Shown one piece after another: positions 37,395 through 46,388 of a DNA stretch of 63,612 nt. The notes below the pieces were generated by a model that saw nothing but the letters and a program-made list of their open reading frames with translations, made no database searches and was not told the origin of the DNA. This stretch comes from an uncultured Bacilli bacterium (GTDB lineage Bacteria > Bacillota_I > Bacilli_A > RF39 > UBA660), in NCBI GenBank assembly GCA_944358815.1, contig CALVRX010000022.1:1-63612 (forward strand), read 5' to 3'. Made by a program: the position numbers and the translations under genes. Every line of letters starts with the position of its first letter. Position 1 is the first letter of the stretch.

Positions 37395-39225
37395 TTTTAT
37401 CAAAATCGATAAAAAAGTCTTTATACCATATTAAGAAGGCAAGTATTGTCCATATTTTTCGGCAATAATTTTTTTTGCCTTTATAATGGTCATCTAACAT
37501 TTTTAATAATTTTTTTTGGTTAAAAAATTCTTTAGTAAAATCTTGCATGAAGATGTTTTTAGTGAAATTATAATATTTTTCTTCTCTAAACCATTTTATA
37601 ATTGGTACAGGAAATCCTTTTTTTCTTCTTGTGTACCATTCTTTAGGAATTCTTTTAGCAGCGGCTTTTCTTAGAACATATTTAGTTGTATTATGTGATA
37701 GTTTGTATTTTGGAGGAATGGAGCTAGCTAGTTCAAAGACTTCTTTATCTAATATTGGAACGCGAAGTTCTAGAGAATTTGCCATACTCATTTTATCGGC
37801 TTTTAGAAGAATGTCGTTTGGTAACCATAAGTGCATGTCTAAATATTGCATTTTAGTTAAATCATCTTCGTTTTTAACTTTATCAAAATATGGTTTAGTG
37901 ATGTCTTGAAATTTTAAATTACTTTTATAATTATCATTTAGTATATCATTGGCTTCTTTATTATCGAAAACAAAGGCTTGTCCTATAAAATAATCTTCTA
38001 GTTTACTACCACCTTTGGTTAGAAAATTTTTACCATGAAAACTTGGGAGTGGGGCAACTACGGCTTTAGCAATTTTTCTTAAAAATAGTGGTAATTTACG
38101 ATATTTTTTTAGTTTTTCATCTTCATCATAGCCTGTGTATCCACCAAATAGTTCATCGGCGCCTTCACCAGATAAGACGACTTTAACATCTTTGACGGCT
38201 AATTTGGATAAGAAGTATAGTGGTACAGCTGAAAGATTAGCTGTTGGTTCGTCGGCATAGTATTCAACTTTATCAATGTTATCAAAAAAGTCGTCAGCAT
38301 TTATGAGTTCATTTTTGTTTTGAATGTGTAATAAGTCGGACAGGTCTTTGGCTAAAGGTACTTCGTTGAAGTTTTGATAGTCAAAACCGACAGAAAAGGT
38401 TTTATTTGGTTTTAGGTAACTTACAACATATGAAGAGTCAATGCCACCAGATAGATAAGCACCGACTGGGACGTCACTTATTGTGTGATAGTCGATTGAT
38501 TTAGTAATTGTGTTGTCAATTTCATCAACTAGTTTATCAAAGTCTTGTTTTTGAGGATTAAATTTAATTTCATAGTATTTTTGGATATTTATTTTTTTAG
38601 TGTCAGCATTATAGATGAAGTAGTGACCTGGTTTTAATTTATAAACATTTTTGAAGAAGGTTTCATCTAAAACTGATGTTTGGAATGTTAGATATGGTTT
38701 TAGGGCTTCTTTATTGACTTGTTTTAGAAAGTCTGGATGTTTTAAGAGACTTTTAATTTCGGAACCATACATGAAGGTGTTTTGCATGGTGCAATAATAA
38801 AATGGTTTTTGTCCAAAGTGGTCTCTAGCGCCAAATAGGGTTTTATTTTTTTTATTCCATATAACGAAAGCAAACATACCTCTTAATTTATCTAGAATTT
38901 TTTCATGGTATTCTTCATATCCATGGAGAATTACTTCAGTGTCAGTATTAGTTTTAAAAATATGACCTTTATTAATTAAGTCTTCTTTTATCTCTTTAAA
39001 GTTGTATATTTCGCCGTTAAAGGTTATATACATTGTGTCATCTTCGTTGGACATTGGCTGTCTGCCACCTTTGAGGTCGATAATGCTTAGTCTTCTAAAG
39101 CCCATAGCAATGTCATCGTCAGTGTAGTATGATTCATCATCTGGACCACGATGAGCTATCATGTCATTCATTTTTTTGATATGACTTTTTTCTTTTCTAT
39201 TTATATATCCACAAAATCCGCACAT
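37387..39225 (-). CDS. asnB: Asparagine synthase (glutamine-hydrolysing), AsnB/AsnH-like
   Basis: Ntn start MCGFCGY (start moved to the Met preceding Cys). SGGIDSS PP-loop. Confidence 0.85.
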   Translation of the reverse strand: MCGFCGYINRKEKSHIKKMNDMIAHRGPDDESYYTDDDIAMGFRRLSIIDLKGGRQPMSNEDDTMYITFNGEIYNFKEIKEDLINKGHIFKTNTDTEVILHGYEEYHEKILDKLRGMFAFVIWNKKNKTLFGARDHFGQKPFYYCTMQNTFMYGSEIKSLLKHPDFLKQVNKEALKPYLTFQTSVLDETFFKNVYKLKPGHYFIYNADTKKINIQKYYEIKFNPQKQDFDKLVDEIDNTITKSIDYHTISDVPVGAYLSGGIDSSYVVSYLKPNKTFSVGFDYQNFNEVPLAKDLSDLLHIQNKNELINADDFFDNIDKVEYYADEPTANLSAVPLYFLSKLAVKDVKVVLSGEGADELFGGYTGYDEDEKLKKYRKLPLFLRKIAKAVVAPLPSFHGKNFLTKGGSKLEDYFIGQAFVFDNKEANDILNDNYKSNLKFQDITKPYFDKVKNEDDLTKMQYLDMHLWLPNDILLKADKMSMANSLELRVPILDKEVFELASSIPPKYKLSHNTTKYVLRKAAAKRIPKEWYTRRKKGFPVPIIKWFREEKYYNFTKNIFMQDFTKEFFNQKKLLKMLDDHYKGKKNYCRKIWTILAFLIWYKDFFIDFDKTC

Positions 39226-39230
39226 AATTG

Positions 39231-39908
39231 TCACGTCCTTTCTTTATTGAAGAAGTTTAGTATTTTTTCGGCTTCAATTTCTAATGGATCAATAAAATTA
39301 TTTGGTAATTTAAAGGTATTTTTTAAAATTGATAGTTCAGTACATCCTAATATGTAGCAGTCACATTTTAAATTTTTAATAGTGTTTTCCCATAGTGTTT
39401 TAGGGACTTTTTTGCCTTGTTTAATATAGTTATAAATTATTTGCATAACTTTTTCTTGATTTGGTAGTACATAGTTAATATTATTGTTTTTTAAGGCTTT
39501 TTGATATAAGTTAGATGTTATTGTTCCTGTGGTGGCAAGGATAGCTGCTGTTTTATATTTTTTTTCTTTTATATAATCAGATGTGTTTTGAATCATATTA
39601 CTTATCGGAATGTTTATTTCTTTTTGTAGTTGTTTATGAAAGTAAGTAGAAGTATTACATGGAATACTGATTAATTTACATCCTAGTTTTTCTAAAGTTT
39701 TACAGTCGTTTAGTAGATAAGGATATGGATTTTCTTTAGTATGATCTAAGATATAGGCTGTTCTATCTGGAGTTTTGGCATCACTTAGTATTATGATGTT
39801 TAAATGGTCTTGATCTTTAGTGGCTTTGGTTTTTTCGGTAATTATTTTATAAAAATAGCTACTGGCAAGAGGACCTAATCCACCAATTATTCCTAGTTCA
39901 TATTTCAT
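39231..39908 (-). CDS. Aspartate racemase (Asp/Glu racemase family)
   Basis: GIIGGLGPLAS, with catalytic Cys motifs IPCNTS and LGCTELS. Confidence 0.8.
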   Translation of the reverse strand: MKYELGIIGGLGPLASSYFYKIITEKTKATKDQDHLNIIILSDAKTPDRTAYILDHTKENPYPYLLNDCKTLEKLGCKLISIPCNTSTYFHKQLQKEINIPISNMIQNTSDYIKEKKYKTAAILATTGTITSNLYQKALKNNNINYVLPNQEKVMQIIYNYIKQGKKVPKTLWENTIKNLKCDCYILGCTELSILKNTFKLPNNFIDPLEIEAEKILNFFNKERT

Positions 39909-41131
39909 TTTTCATCATCCTTTTTAGGAGGATATAGTTTAAATGTGCCGTAGTCTTTATTGTATATACGTTTGATCCAAAATTTTCTGGTTAAACTATT
40001 ATCCTTTTTATTTATAAGAGTATAGGCGTATTTTTTTTCTTTAATGAGTTTTTTAGCTTCATTTAGGACTTCTGGATTATAGACATATTTATCAAGAATT
40101 TTTTTAGGAGTATGAAGCCATAGAAATTTATTATAGTTATATTCAGTTTCATTATTTTGATTTAAAATATAGTCTTCTACTAAATATTTTGCCATATTTA
40201 AACCAGCGGCAGTGGTGAAGTAGCTACTTCTTCCTTGCCTGATATTGATTTCGAAGAGTTTATATTTATGATCACGGTAATCATATTTTAAATCGAAATT
40301 AGAAAAGCCAATATATTTAATGTCTTCTAGAAAGTGTTGAATTTTTTCATAAATTTGTTTATTACCTTCAGATATGATGGCGCGGTAATTGCCGATGCCA
40401 TATGGAGAATGTTCTTCTAAAATACATCGACCTAGACACATCATTTTAACTTTTCCTTCTTTATTTGAGTAACAGTTTAAAACATACATAGTGTCATCAG
40501 CGCCAGGAATAAAGTCTTGAATGACGATGTGTCCTTGATAGCCTGCTTCAAAAATTTGGTTGACAGTTTTTTCTAGTTGTGTTTGATTGTTAATTTTATA
40601 ACTTTTTTCTTTTCCTTCAAAGTTTATTTGAGAGTATAGAGTACTATTGGATGCTTTTAAGGCTACTGGAAAATCAAAAGGAAGTTTAATATTTGTTTTA
40701 TTTTGATTGGTTACGATATATGTTTTAGGATAATCTAAGTTATATTTTTCACAAATGTTATAAAAACTTTCTTTATCTTCTAATTGGTCTTTTAATTTTT
40801 TATTCATGAATGGTAAAATGTAGTATTTTGATAGTTGCTCAAAGTTATTAACAATAGGGTCAGTATACCATTCAGCGCATGACAATAATATAAGATAGTC
40901 ATATTTTTGTTTATATTCTTTGCCTAATTTTAATAAAGTGTCAAGTAAAATTTTTTCATCGGCAAGGTTACTAACTATTTTGACATCCATTATTTTACTG
41001 TTTCTAGTTTCTCTAAGTGGAAATGAGCCAATGGCGAGGGATTTTATGTTGTATTTGTCATTAAATGATCTTGCTAATCCATAAGCATTAGCATCGGTTC
41101 CTAGAATAATTGGAAGAAATTTTTCTTTCAT
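39905..41131 (-). CDS. ATP-grasp carboxylate-amine ligase, D-aspartate ligase (Asl)-like
   Basis: N-terminus LPIILGTDANAYGLARSF and the ATP-grasp core are typical of Asl-type ligases. 4-nt overlap with the racemase gene. Confidence 0.6.
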   Translation of the reverse strand: MKEKFLPIILGTDANAYGLARSFNDKYNIKSLAIGSFPLRETRNSKIMDVKIVSNLADEKILLDTLLKLGKEYKQKYDYLILLSCAEWYTDPIVNNFEQLSKYYILPFMNKKLKDQLEDKESFYNICEKYNLDYPKTYIVTNQNKTNIKLPFDFPVALKASNSTLYSQINFEGKEKSYKINNQTQLEKTVNQIFEAGYQGHIVIQDFIPGADDTMYVLNCYSNKEGKVKMMCLGRCILEEHSPYGIGNYRAIISEGNKQIYEKIQHFLEDIKYIGFSNFDLKYDYRDHKYKLFEINIRQGRSSYFTTAAGLNMAKYLVEDYILNQNNETEYNYNKFLWLHTPKKILDKYVYNPEVLNEAKKLIKEKKYAYTLINKKDNSLTRKFWIKRIYNKDYGTFKLYPPKKDDEK

Positions 41132-41157
41132 TTATATCACACTTTCTATTTTTAGAT

Positions 41158-41185
41158 ATGTGGAAAACTTTCCGCTTTTCCACAT
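41158..41185. promoter_or_regulatory. Perfect 10-bp inverted repeat in the leader of the ATP-grasp operon
   Basis: ATGTGGAAAA-ctttccgc-TTTTCCACAT, 27 nt upstream of the ATP-grasp start. No U-run on either strand. Confidence 0.4.
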
Positions 41186-41353
41186 TATATAACAATTTAC
41201 AAAATTAGGCAATGGAATGATGTAAAGTATTATAATATAAGGGCTTTTTAAACTTTTTAAATTATTTAGTGTATAATAAATGTCAAAAAAAAGTGTAAAA
41301 AATGTATACTTTTGTGTTTGTGTGTGATATAATACAAAACAGGTGATTAAGTT

Positions 41354-41887
41354 ATGATGGAAGAGGTCAAAGTCATTTTAGATGGTAATGAAAATTTAAC
41401 TGCAGAGGTTAAAGATAATCTGTTGGAACTTATTACAATCTTTCACGAAATATTTAAAGATGTGGACTTGACGACTTTGAAGGAACGACTTAAGACTTTA
41501 AAAATAAAAAGAGAAAGTATGTATTTGGTTAAAATGCCGTGTAAGTATATTCCGCATAATAATGAAATTGCAATTAATTATGGTTTGATTGTGGAATCTG
41601 ATGCTAGACACTGGCTTATGCACAGTTTACTTGGGGTAATTACAGCGAACGGAAATCATTATGGGTTTAACGACGAACAGGATTCACTACTTGCGTTAAA
41701 TGAAGGGTACACAGAAATACTTACTAATAATTTAGTTGGAGATGTGGATAATAATTTTTTTACAGATGAGATTATTATGACAAATTTAATTAGTAAAGTT
41801 ATAGGCGAAGATGTGCTTTTTAAGGCTTATTTTAGCAATGATGCGAGAATGGTTGTGAGAGCTATGGCAGAAGCGGAGGTTAAATAA
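41354..41887 (+). CDS. Hypothetical protein with degenerate zincin-like motifs (177 aa)
   Basis: HWLMH (HExxH-like, Glu replaced by Trp) followed about 30 aa later by ALNEGYTE (a gluzincin-like NExxxE). AGGTGA SD. Confidence 0.45.
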   Translation: MMEEVKVILDGNENLTAEVKDNLLELITIFHEIFKDVDLTTLKERLKTLKIKRESMYLVKMPCKYIPHNNEIAINYGLIVESDARHWLMHSLLGVITANGNHYGFNDEQDSLLALNEGYTEILTNNLVGDVDNNFFTDEIIMTNLISKVIGEDVLFKAYFSNDARMVVRAMAEAEVK

Positions 41888-42138
41888 TGCTTATTGAAGT
41901 AATTAGTGATATGAATAGTAGTTATGAAAATAGAAAACATGGGGGATATTCACAGATAGCAGAGATGCAAATGAAGATGCTTGAGGCGTATCCACAGATT
42001 GGTCTTGAAAATTTTTATACTGAGGAGTATTATTTTCCGATTGGTCAAAAAATTGAGCCGGGAACTTTAGAAAATTTAAAAATGGTGTGTGATGAATATC
42101 AGACACAAATGAATTTATCTAGTAATTTAAGAAAATAA
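41887..42138 (+). CDS. Hypothetical protein (83 aa), translationally coupled to the preceding ORF
   Basis: TAATG stop/start overlap. No motif recognised. Confidence 0.45.
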   Translation: MLIEVISDMNSSYENRKHGGYSQIAEMQMKMLEAYPQIGLENFYTEEYYFPIGQKIEPGTLENLKMVCDEYQTQMNLSSNLRK

Positions 42139-42159
42139 GCTAACAATAGTTAGTTTTTT
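42138..42159 (+). terminator. Intrinsic terminator
   Basis: CTAAC-aata-GTTAG hairpin followed by TTTTTT. Confidence 0.55.
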
Positions 42160-42194
42160 GTTTAAAAAAGAGATTTTTGTGTTATAATTGATAT

Positions 42195-42416
42195 TGAAAT
42201 TTGAAAAGCGAAGATTAAGAAGTAGTAGTAAAAGTAATTATTAATAGAGAGCTAACGGTTGGTGGAAGGTAGCAATAATCTTTTATGAATTCACCTTATG
42301 AGCTATATGTTTAATGACATATCGGTAACGCGTTATAGTTTTTGAGGTAAGCAATTGCTTATAAATTAAGGTGGTACCACGTATTAATCACGTCCTTATT
42401 GGATGTGATTTTTTTT
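42195..42416 (+). promoter_or_regulatory. T-box riboswitch leader, Phe (UUC) specifier, controlling pheST
   Basis: AGAGAG and GGTTGGTGGAA stem I elements, specifier UUC at 42290-42292 followed by A, and the T-box AATTAAGGTGGTACCACG (42364-42381). Terminator AATCACGTCC-ttatt-GGATGTGATT followed by T8. Confidence 0.9.
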
Positions 42417-42432
42417 GTTAGGAGGGCTATTT

Positions 42433-43473
42433 ATGAATTTAGAAAATATTTTAAAGGAATTAAAAGACGATTTGAATGGTGTTAGTGATGAACATACACT
42501 TAGTGATATTAAAACAAAGTATTTAGGTAAAAAAGGTCAAATTACAGCTTTATATGCTAAAATGAAGGAACTTAATAGTGATGAGAAGAAAAGTTTTGGA
42601 GCTGAATTAAATAGTTTAAAAGATGAAGCGACAAAATTAATTGATAGTAAGAAAAAGGAAATTGAAAATGAATTATTAAATGAAAAATTACAAAATGAAA
42701 GTATTGATATTAGTTTACAAGCGACTGAGATTAAAGTGGGTGCACCTAGTATTTTAGAAAAATTAATCGAAGATATTGAAGGCTTGCTTATATCAATGGG
42801 TTATGATGTGGTGGATGGACCAGAGATTGAACTTGATAAATATAATTTCGAGATGCTTAATTTGCCAAAAGGTCATCCAGCTAGGGATGCTCAAGATACT
42901 TTTTATGTTAAAGGTGATGAGTTACTTTTAAGAAGTCAGACTTCTCCAGTACAAATTAGAAGCATGCTAGCGGGAAAAGGTGAGAAACCGATTAGAATGA
43001 TATGTCCTGGTAAGACTTATAGAAGAGATGATGATGATGCAACACATTCACATCAATTTATGCAAATTGAGGGTTTACTTGTCGATAAGAATATTAGTTT
43101 ATCTGATTTAAAAGGAACTTTTGATGTAATTGCTAAGTATTTATTTGGTGATGATTGTGAGACGAGATTTAGACCTAGTTATTATCCATTTACAGAACCA
43201 TCTGTAGAGATGGATATTTCTTGTCATCATTGTAAAGGTAAAGGATGTAATATTTGTAAAAATACCGGATGGATTACGGTATCTGGTGGTGGAATGGTAC
43301 ACCCTAAAGTACTTGAAAATTGTGGGTATGATCCTAAAGTTTGGAGTGGTTTTGCTTTTGGTTTTGGTGCTGAAAGGTTAGCTATGATTAAATATGGTAT
43401 AGATGATTTAAGAGTATTTTATACTAATGATTTAAGAGAATCTAGAGTGTTTGATAGAAAGGAGGCTAATTAA
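42433..43473 (+). CDS. pheS: Phenylalanine--tRNA ligase alpha subunit
   Basis: Class II motifs (..HPARDAQDTFY.., ..FRPSYYPFTEPS.., GFAFGFGAERLAM). Confidence 0.95.
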   Translation: MNLENILKELKDDLNGVSDEHTLSDIKTKYLGKKGQITALYAKMKELNSDEKKSFGAELNSLKDEATKLIDSKKKEIENELLNEKLQNESIDISLQATEIKVGAPSILEKLIEDIEGLLISMGYDVVDGPEIELDKYNFEMLNLPKGHPARDAQDTFYVKGDELLLRSQTSPVQIRSMLAGKGEKPIRMICPGKTYRRDDDDATHSHQFMQIEGLLVDKNISLSDLKGTFDVIAKYLFGDDCETRFRPSYYPFTEPSVEMDISCHHCKGKGCNICKNTGWITVSGGGMVHPKVLENCGYDPKVWSGFAFGFGAERLAMIKYGIDDLRVFYTNDLRESRVFDRKEAN

Positions 43474-45845
43474 TGATAGATTTAGAGTGGATAAAGGATT
43501 ATATTGATATATCTGATCAAGATTTAAAAGAGTTAGCTGTGAAGATTACTAAAGCTGGTATTAATATTGAGAAGGTTATTACTAATCATATCGATAATTT
43601 AGTAATTGGTGAGGTTGTTTCTTGTGAAATGCACCCTGATTCTGATCATTTGCATGTTTGTTTAGTAAATATTGGCGAAGAGGTCAAACAAATTGTATGT
43701 GGGGCTTCTAATGTGAGAGAAGGATTGAAGGTTATTGTGGCTTTACCTGGTGCTATTTTGCCTGGTAATTTTGAGATTAAAAAAAGTAAGATACGTGGTG
43801 TGGATTCTAATGGTATGCTTTGTGCATTATACGAATTAGGTCTTGAAGAAAAGAATGATGAGACTTATAGTAAGGGAATTTACGAGGTATATAAAGAGGC
43901 TCCAGTTGGGGCAGATGCAATGGAGTATTTAAAATTAGATAATACTTTATACGAACTTGATGTTCATAAGCATCGTAATAATGATTGTTATTATCATATA
44001 GGTTTTGCTTATGAAATTGGGGCTATACTAAATAGACCAGTTACTTTACCTGATGATACAACGAATCCTATTGCTGACGATATTAAGAATCATTTTATTT
44101 TGAATGTTGAAACCGATAAGTGTCCATATTATTTGGCAAAGATGGTTACTGATGTGAAGATTGGTGATAGTCCTGAGTTTATTAAGCGACGTTTAATGGC
44201 CTATGGAATGCGTTCTATTAATAATGTGGTAGATATTTCAAATTATGTGATGCTTGAGTATGGTCAACCTTTACATTTTTTTGATAAAGATACTTTAGGA
44301 GATAAGATTTTAGTTAGAGATGCTAAAGAAGGTGAAGAGATAGTTACACTTGATGGTAAGAAGAGAGTACTTACATCTTCAGATATTGTGATTACCGATG
44401 GTGACAAGCCAGTATGTTTAGCTGGAGTTATGGGTGGTGAAAATACTGAGGTTACTGATAAAACAACATCGATTTTAATTGAAAGTGCCATTTTTGATGG
44501 CGTTAGTATTCGAAATACATCTAGCCGTCTTGATTTACGCAGTGAAGCATCTATCCGTTATGGTAAAGGTTTGAGTTATGAATATACTTTAAAGGCAATT
44601 GAAAGAGCTTGTCATTTGCTTGAGAAGTATGCGGGAGCAAAGGTTCTTTCTGGTATGGTTAGTTATGATAATATTGATAAGACACCTAAGATAGTGACTT
44701 TCAAGTCATCTGAAATTAATTCATTACTTGGAATTACTATTTCTGATGAAGATGTTAAGGTGGAACTTAATCGTTTAGGTTTTCCATTTGAATATCATAA
44801 AGGAGAGTTTAAGGCAACAATACCTGCTAGAAGACTTGATATAGATCCTTATGTAAATGATATTGCAGAGGAAGTTGGTAGGCTTTATGGTTATCATAAT
44901 TTAGTGTCTACTTTACCTAGTGTTCCAATTAAAAGAGGAGAATATGCTGTAGATATTATGTATCGTAAAATTATTTCTAAAAGATTACGTAGTTTAGGTT
45001 TAAATGAGGTAAAAACTTATACTTTAGTATCTCCGGCTATGGCAGATAGGTTTAAATATGAAGATAAGAAGCAAGTAATTTTGCCAAAGCCAATGAGTGT
45101 TGATAAGTCAGTTATTAGAACTAGTTTGATTCCTTCGCTTTTGAAAGTTTATGAATATAATCACGATCACAAAGTTATGGATGTAAATATTTATGAGATT
45201 GCAAAGACTTATGATGATTCTTATAATGAAGAGAGTAAAGTTTGCATGTTAATGAGTGGTAAATATTTATTTAATCAGTGGCATGGTATTAATATAAAAG
45301 TGGATTTTTATGTTATTAAGGGTATAGTTCAAAATATATTAGATTATTTGGGCTTTAAAAATAGATATACTTTTGAAAAGGCGGAAATAGCTGATTTACA
45401 TCCTGGAATATGTGCTAAAGTAATGCTTGATAGAAAGATGATTGGGGTCATAGGTAAGGTTCATCCTATGATTACTAAAGATGATATTTATGTGGCAGAG
45501 TTATCATTAGAAGCACTTATGAGTAAGGTTAAACCAATTAAGTTTAAAGAAGCACCAAAATATCCTGAGATTGTAAAAGATATGGCTTTTATAGTGAAAG
45601 ATAATGTAACGTCAGATGAGATAATTAGTGTGATTAAAAAAGCTGGAGGAAGATTACTTACAGATGTTAAATTATTTGATGTGTATAAGGGTGAACATGT
45701 TTCAGCTGATGAAAAGTCTTTAGCTTATTCACTTAAGTTTTCTTCACCTGATAGAACATTAAGTGAAGAAGAAGTTATGGAAGTGTTTAATAATATTATT
45801 TTGAAAGTTGAGGATAAATTAGATGCACAATTAAGAAATAAATAG
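43473..45845 (+). CDS. pheT: Phenylalanine--tRNA ligase beta subunit
   Basis: tRNA-binding OB domain (GASNVREGLKV..), B3/4, B5 and FDX-ACB domains. ATG overlaps the pheS stop. Confidence 0.95.
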   Translation: MIDLEWIKDYIDISDQDLKELAVKITKAGINIEKVITNHIDNLVIGEVVSCEMHPDSDHLHVCLVNIGEEVKQIVCGASNVREGLKVIVALPGAILPGNFEIKKSKIRGVDSNGMLCALYELGLEEKNDETYSKGIYEVYKEAPVGADAMEYLKLDNTLYELDVHKHRNNDCYYHIGFAYEIGAILNRPVTLPDDTTNPIADDIKNHFILNVETDKCPYYLAKMVTDVKIGDSPEFIKRRLMAYGMRSINNVVDISNYVMLEYGQPLHFFDKDTLGDKILVRDAKEGEEIVTLDGKKRVLTSSDIVITDGDKPVCLAGVMGGENTEVTDKTTSILIESAIFDGVSIRNTSSRLDLRSEASIRYGKGLSYEYTLKAIERACHLLEKYAGAKVLSGMVSYDNIDKTPKIVTFKSSEINSLLGITISDEDVKVELNRLGFPFEYHKGEFKATIPARRLDIDPYVNDIAEEVGRLYGYHNLVSTLPSVPIKRGEYAVDIMYRKIISKRLRSLGLNEVKTYTLVSPAMADRFKYEDKKQVILPKPMSVDKSVIRTSLIPSLLKVYEYNHDHKVMDVNIYEIAKTYDDSYNEESKVCMLMSGKYLFNQWHGINIKVDFYVIKGIVQNILDYLGFKNRYTFEKAEIADLHPGICAKVMLDRKMIGVIGKVHPMITKDDIYVAELSLEALMSKVKPIKFKEAPKYPEIVKDMAFIVKDNVTSDEIISVIKKAGGRLLTDVKLFDVYKGEHVSADEKSLAYSLKFSSPDRTLSEEEVMEVFNNIILKVEDKLDAQLRNK

Positions 45846-45873
45846 TTTTAAATGATTATTTATTTCTTTTTTT
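45834..45873 (+). terminator. Intrinsic terminator after pheT
   Basis: AGAAATAAATA-12 nt-TATTTATTTCT hairpin followed by a T-run. Confidence 0.75.
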
Positions 45874-45925
45874 GCATATAATAAGGTAGAACTTAAAAAA
45901 AATATGACAAAAAATTCGACAATTA

Positions 45926-45954
45926 TTGACAAGACTTTTAAAATATAATAAAAT
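45926..45954 (+). promoter_or_regulatory. Sigma-A promoter upstream of an unassigned leader and tRNA-Cys
   Basis: TTGACA, 17 nt, TAAAAT. Confidence 0.55.
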
Positions 45955-46128
45955 AATATTGCTTAGCATGCGTTATAGAAAATTTTACTTTGCCTGTTTT
46001 TATGACGTGTGCTGTTGCATTTAAAACCATTTTTATAATGGTGCACAAGTACTCGGTGTGGTTGAAGCCGGTGAAGTTTTTATTTTTAAAAATTTCTAGT
46101 AATTCTCTTACATTTCAACCTTTTTTCT

Positions 46129-46202
46129 GGGTCTATAGCCAAGTGGTAAGGCGTGGGACTGCAACTCCCTGATCGTTGGTTCAAATCCGACTAGGCCCTC
46201 CA
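46129..46202 (+). tRNA. tRNA-Cys (GCA)
   Basis: Folded by hand: acceptor GGGTCTA/TAGGCCC (one G.U), 3-bp D stem, anticodon loop CTGCAAC, T arm GTTGG-TTCAAAT-CCGAC, discriminator U73, encoded CCA. Confidence 0.9.
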
Positions 46203-46212
46203 TTAGAATATA

Positions 46213-46245
46213 AAGAAAATCTCAATTTGGGATTTTCTTTTTTCT
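46213..46245 (+). terminator. Intrinsic terminator after tRNA-Cys
   Basis: AAGAAAATC-9 nt-GATTTTCTT hairpin followed by a T-run. Confidence 0.8.
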
Positions 46246-46388
46246 ATGTTAAAATATAAGCGTTTTATTTGTGTAAATTAGTGTAATAGCGATTTTAATT
46301 TTAAAAAAATGGTCAAAAATATTTAGTGTAGACCTTGTTAAAATTGTAAATATAAGTTATACTTATATAGTATGCGAGGAGGATTTGT

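Noticed and set aside
45990-46172. 60-aa ORF spanning the tRNA-Cys leader and the first 44 nt of the tRNA.
   Set aside because: It reads through a hand-foldable tRNA gene and has no SD. The region is treated as RNA (see the finding on 45926-46128).
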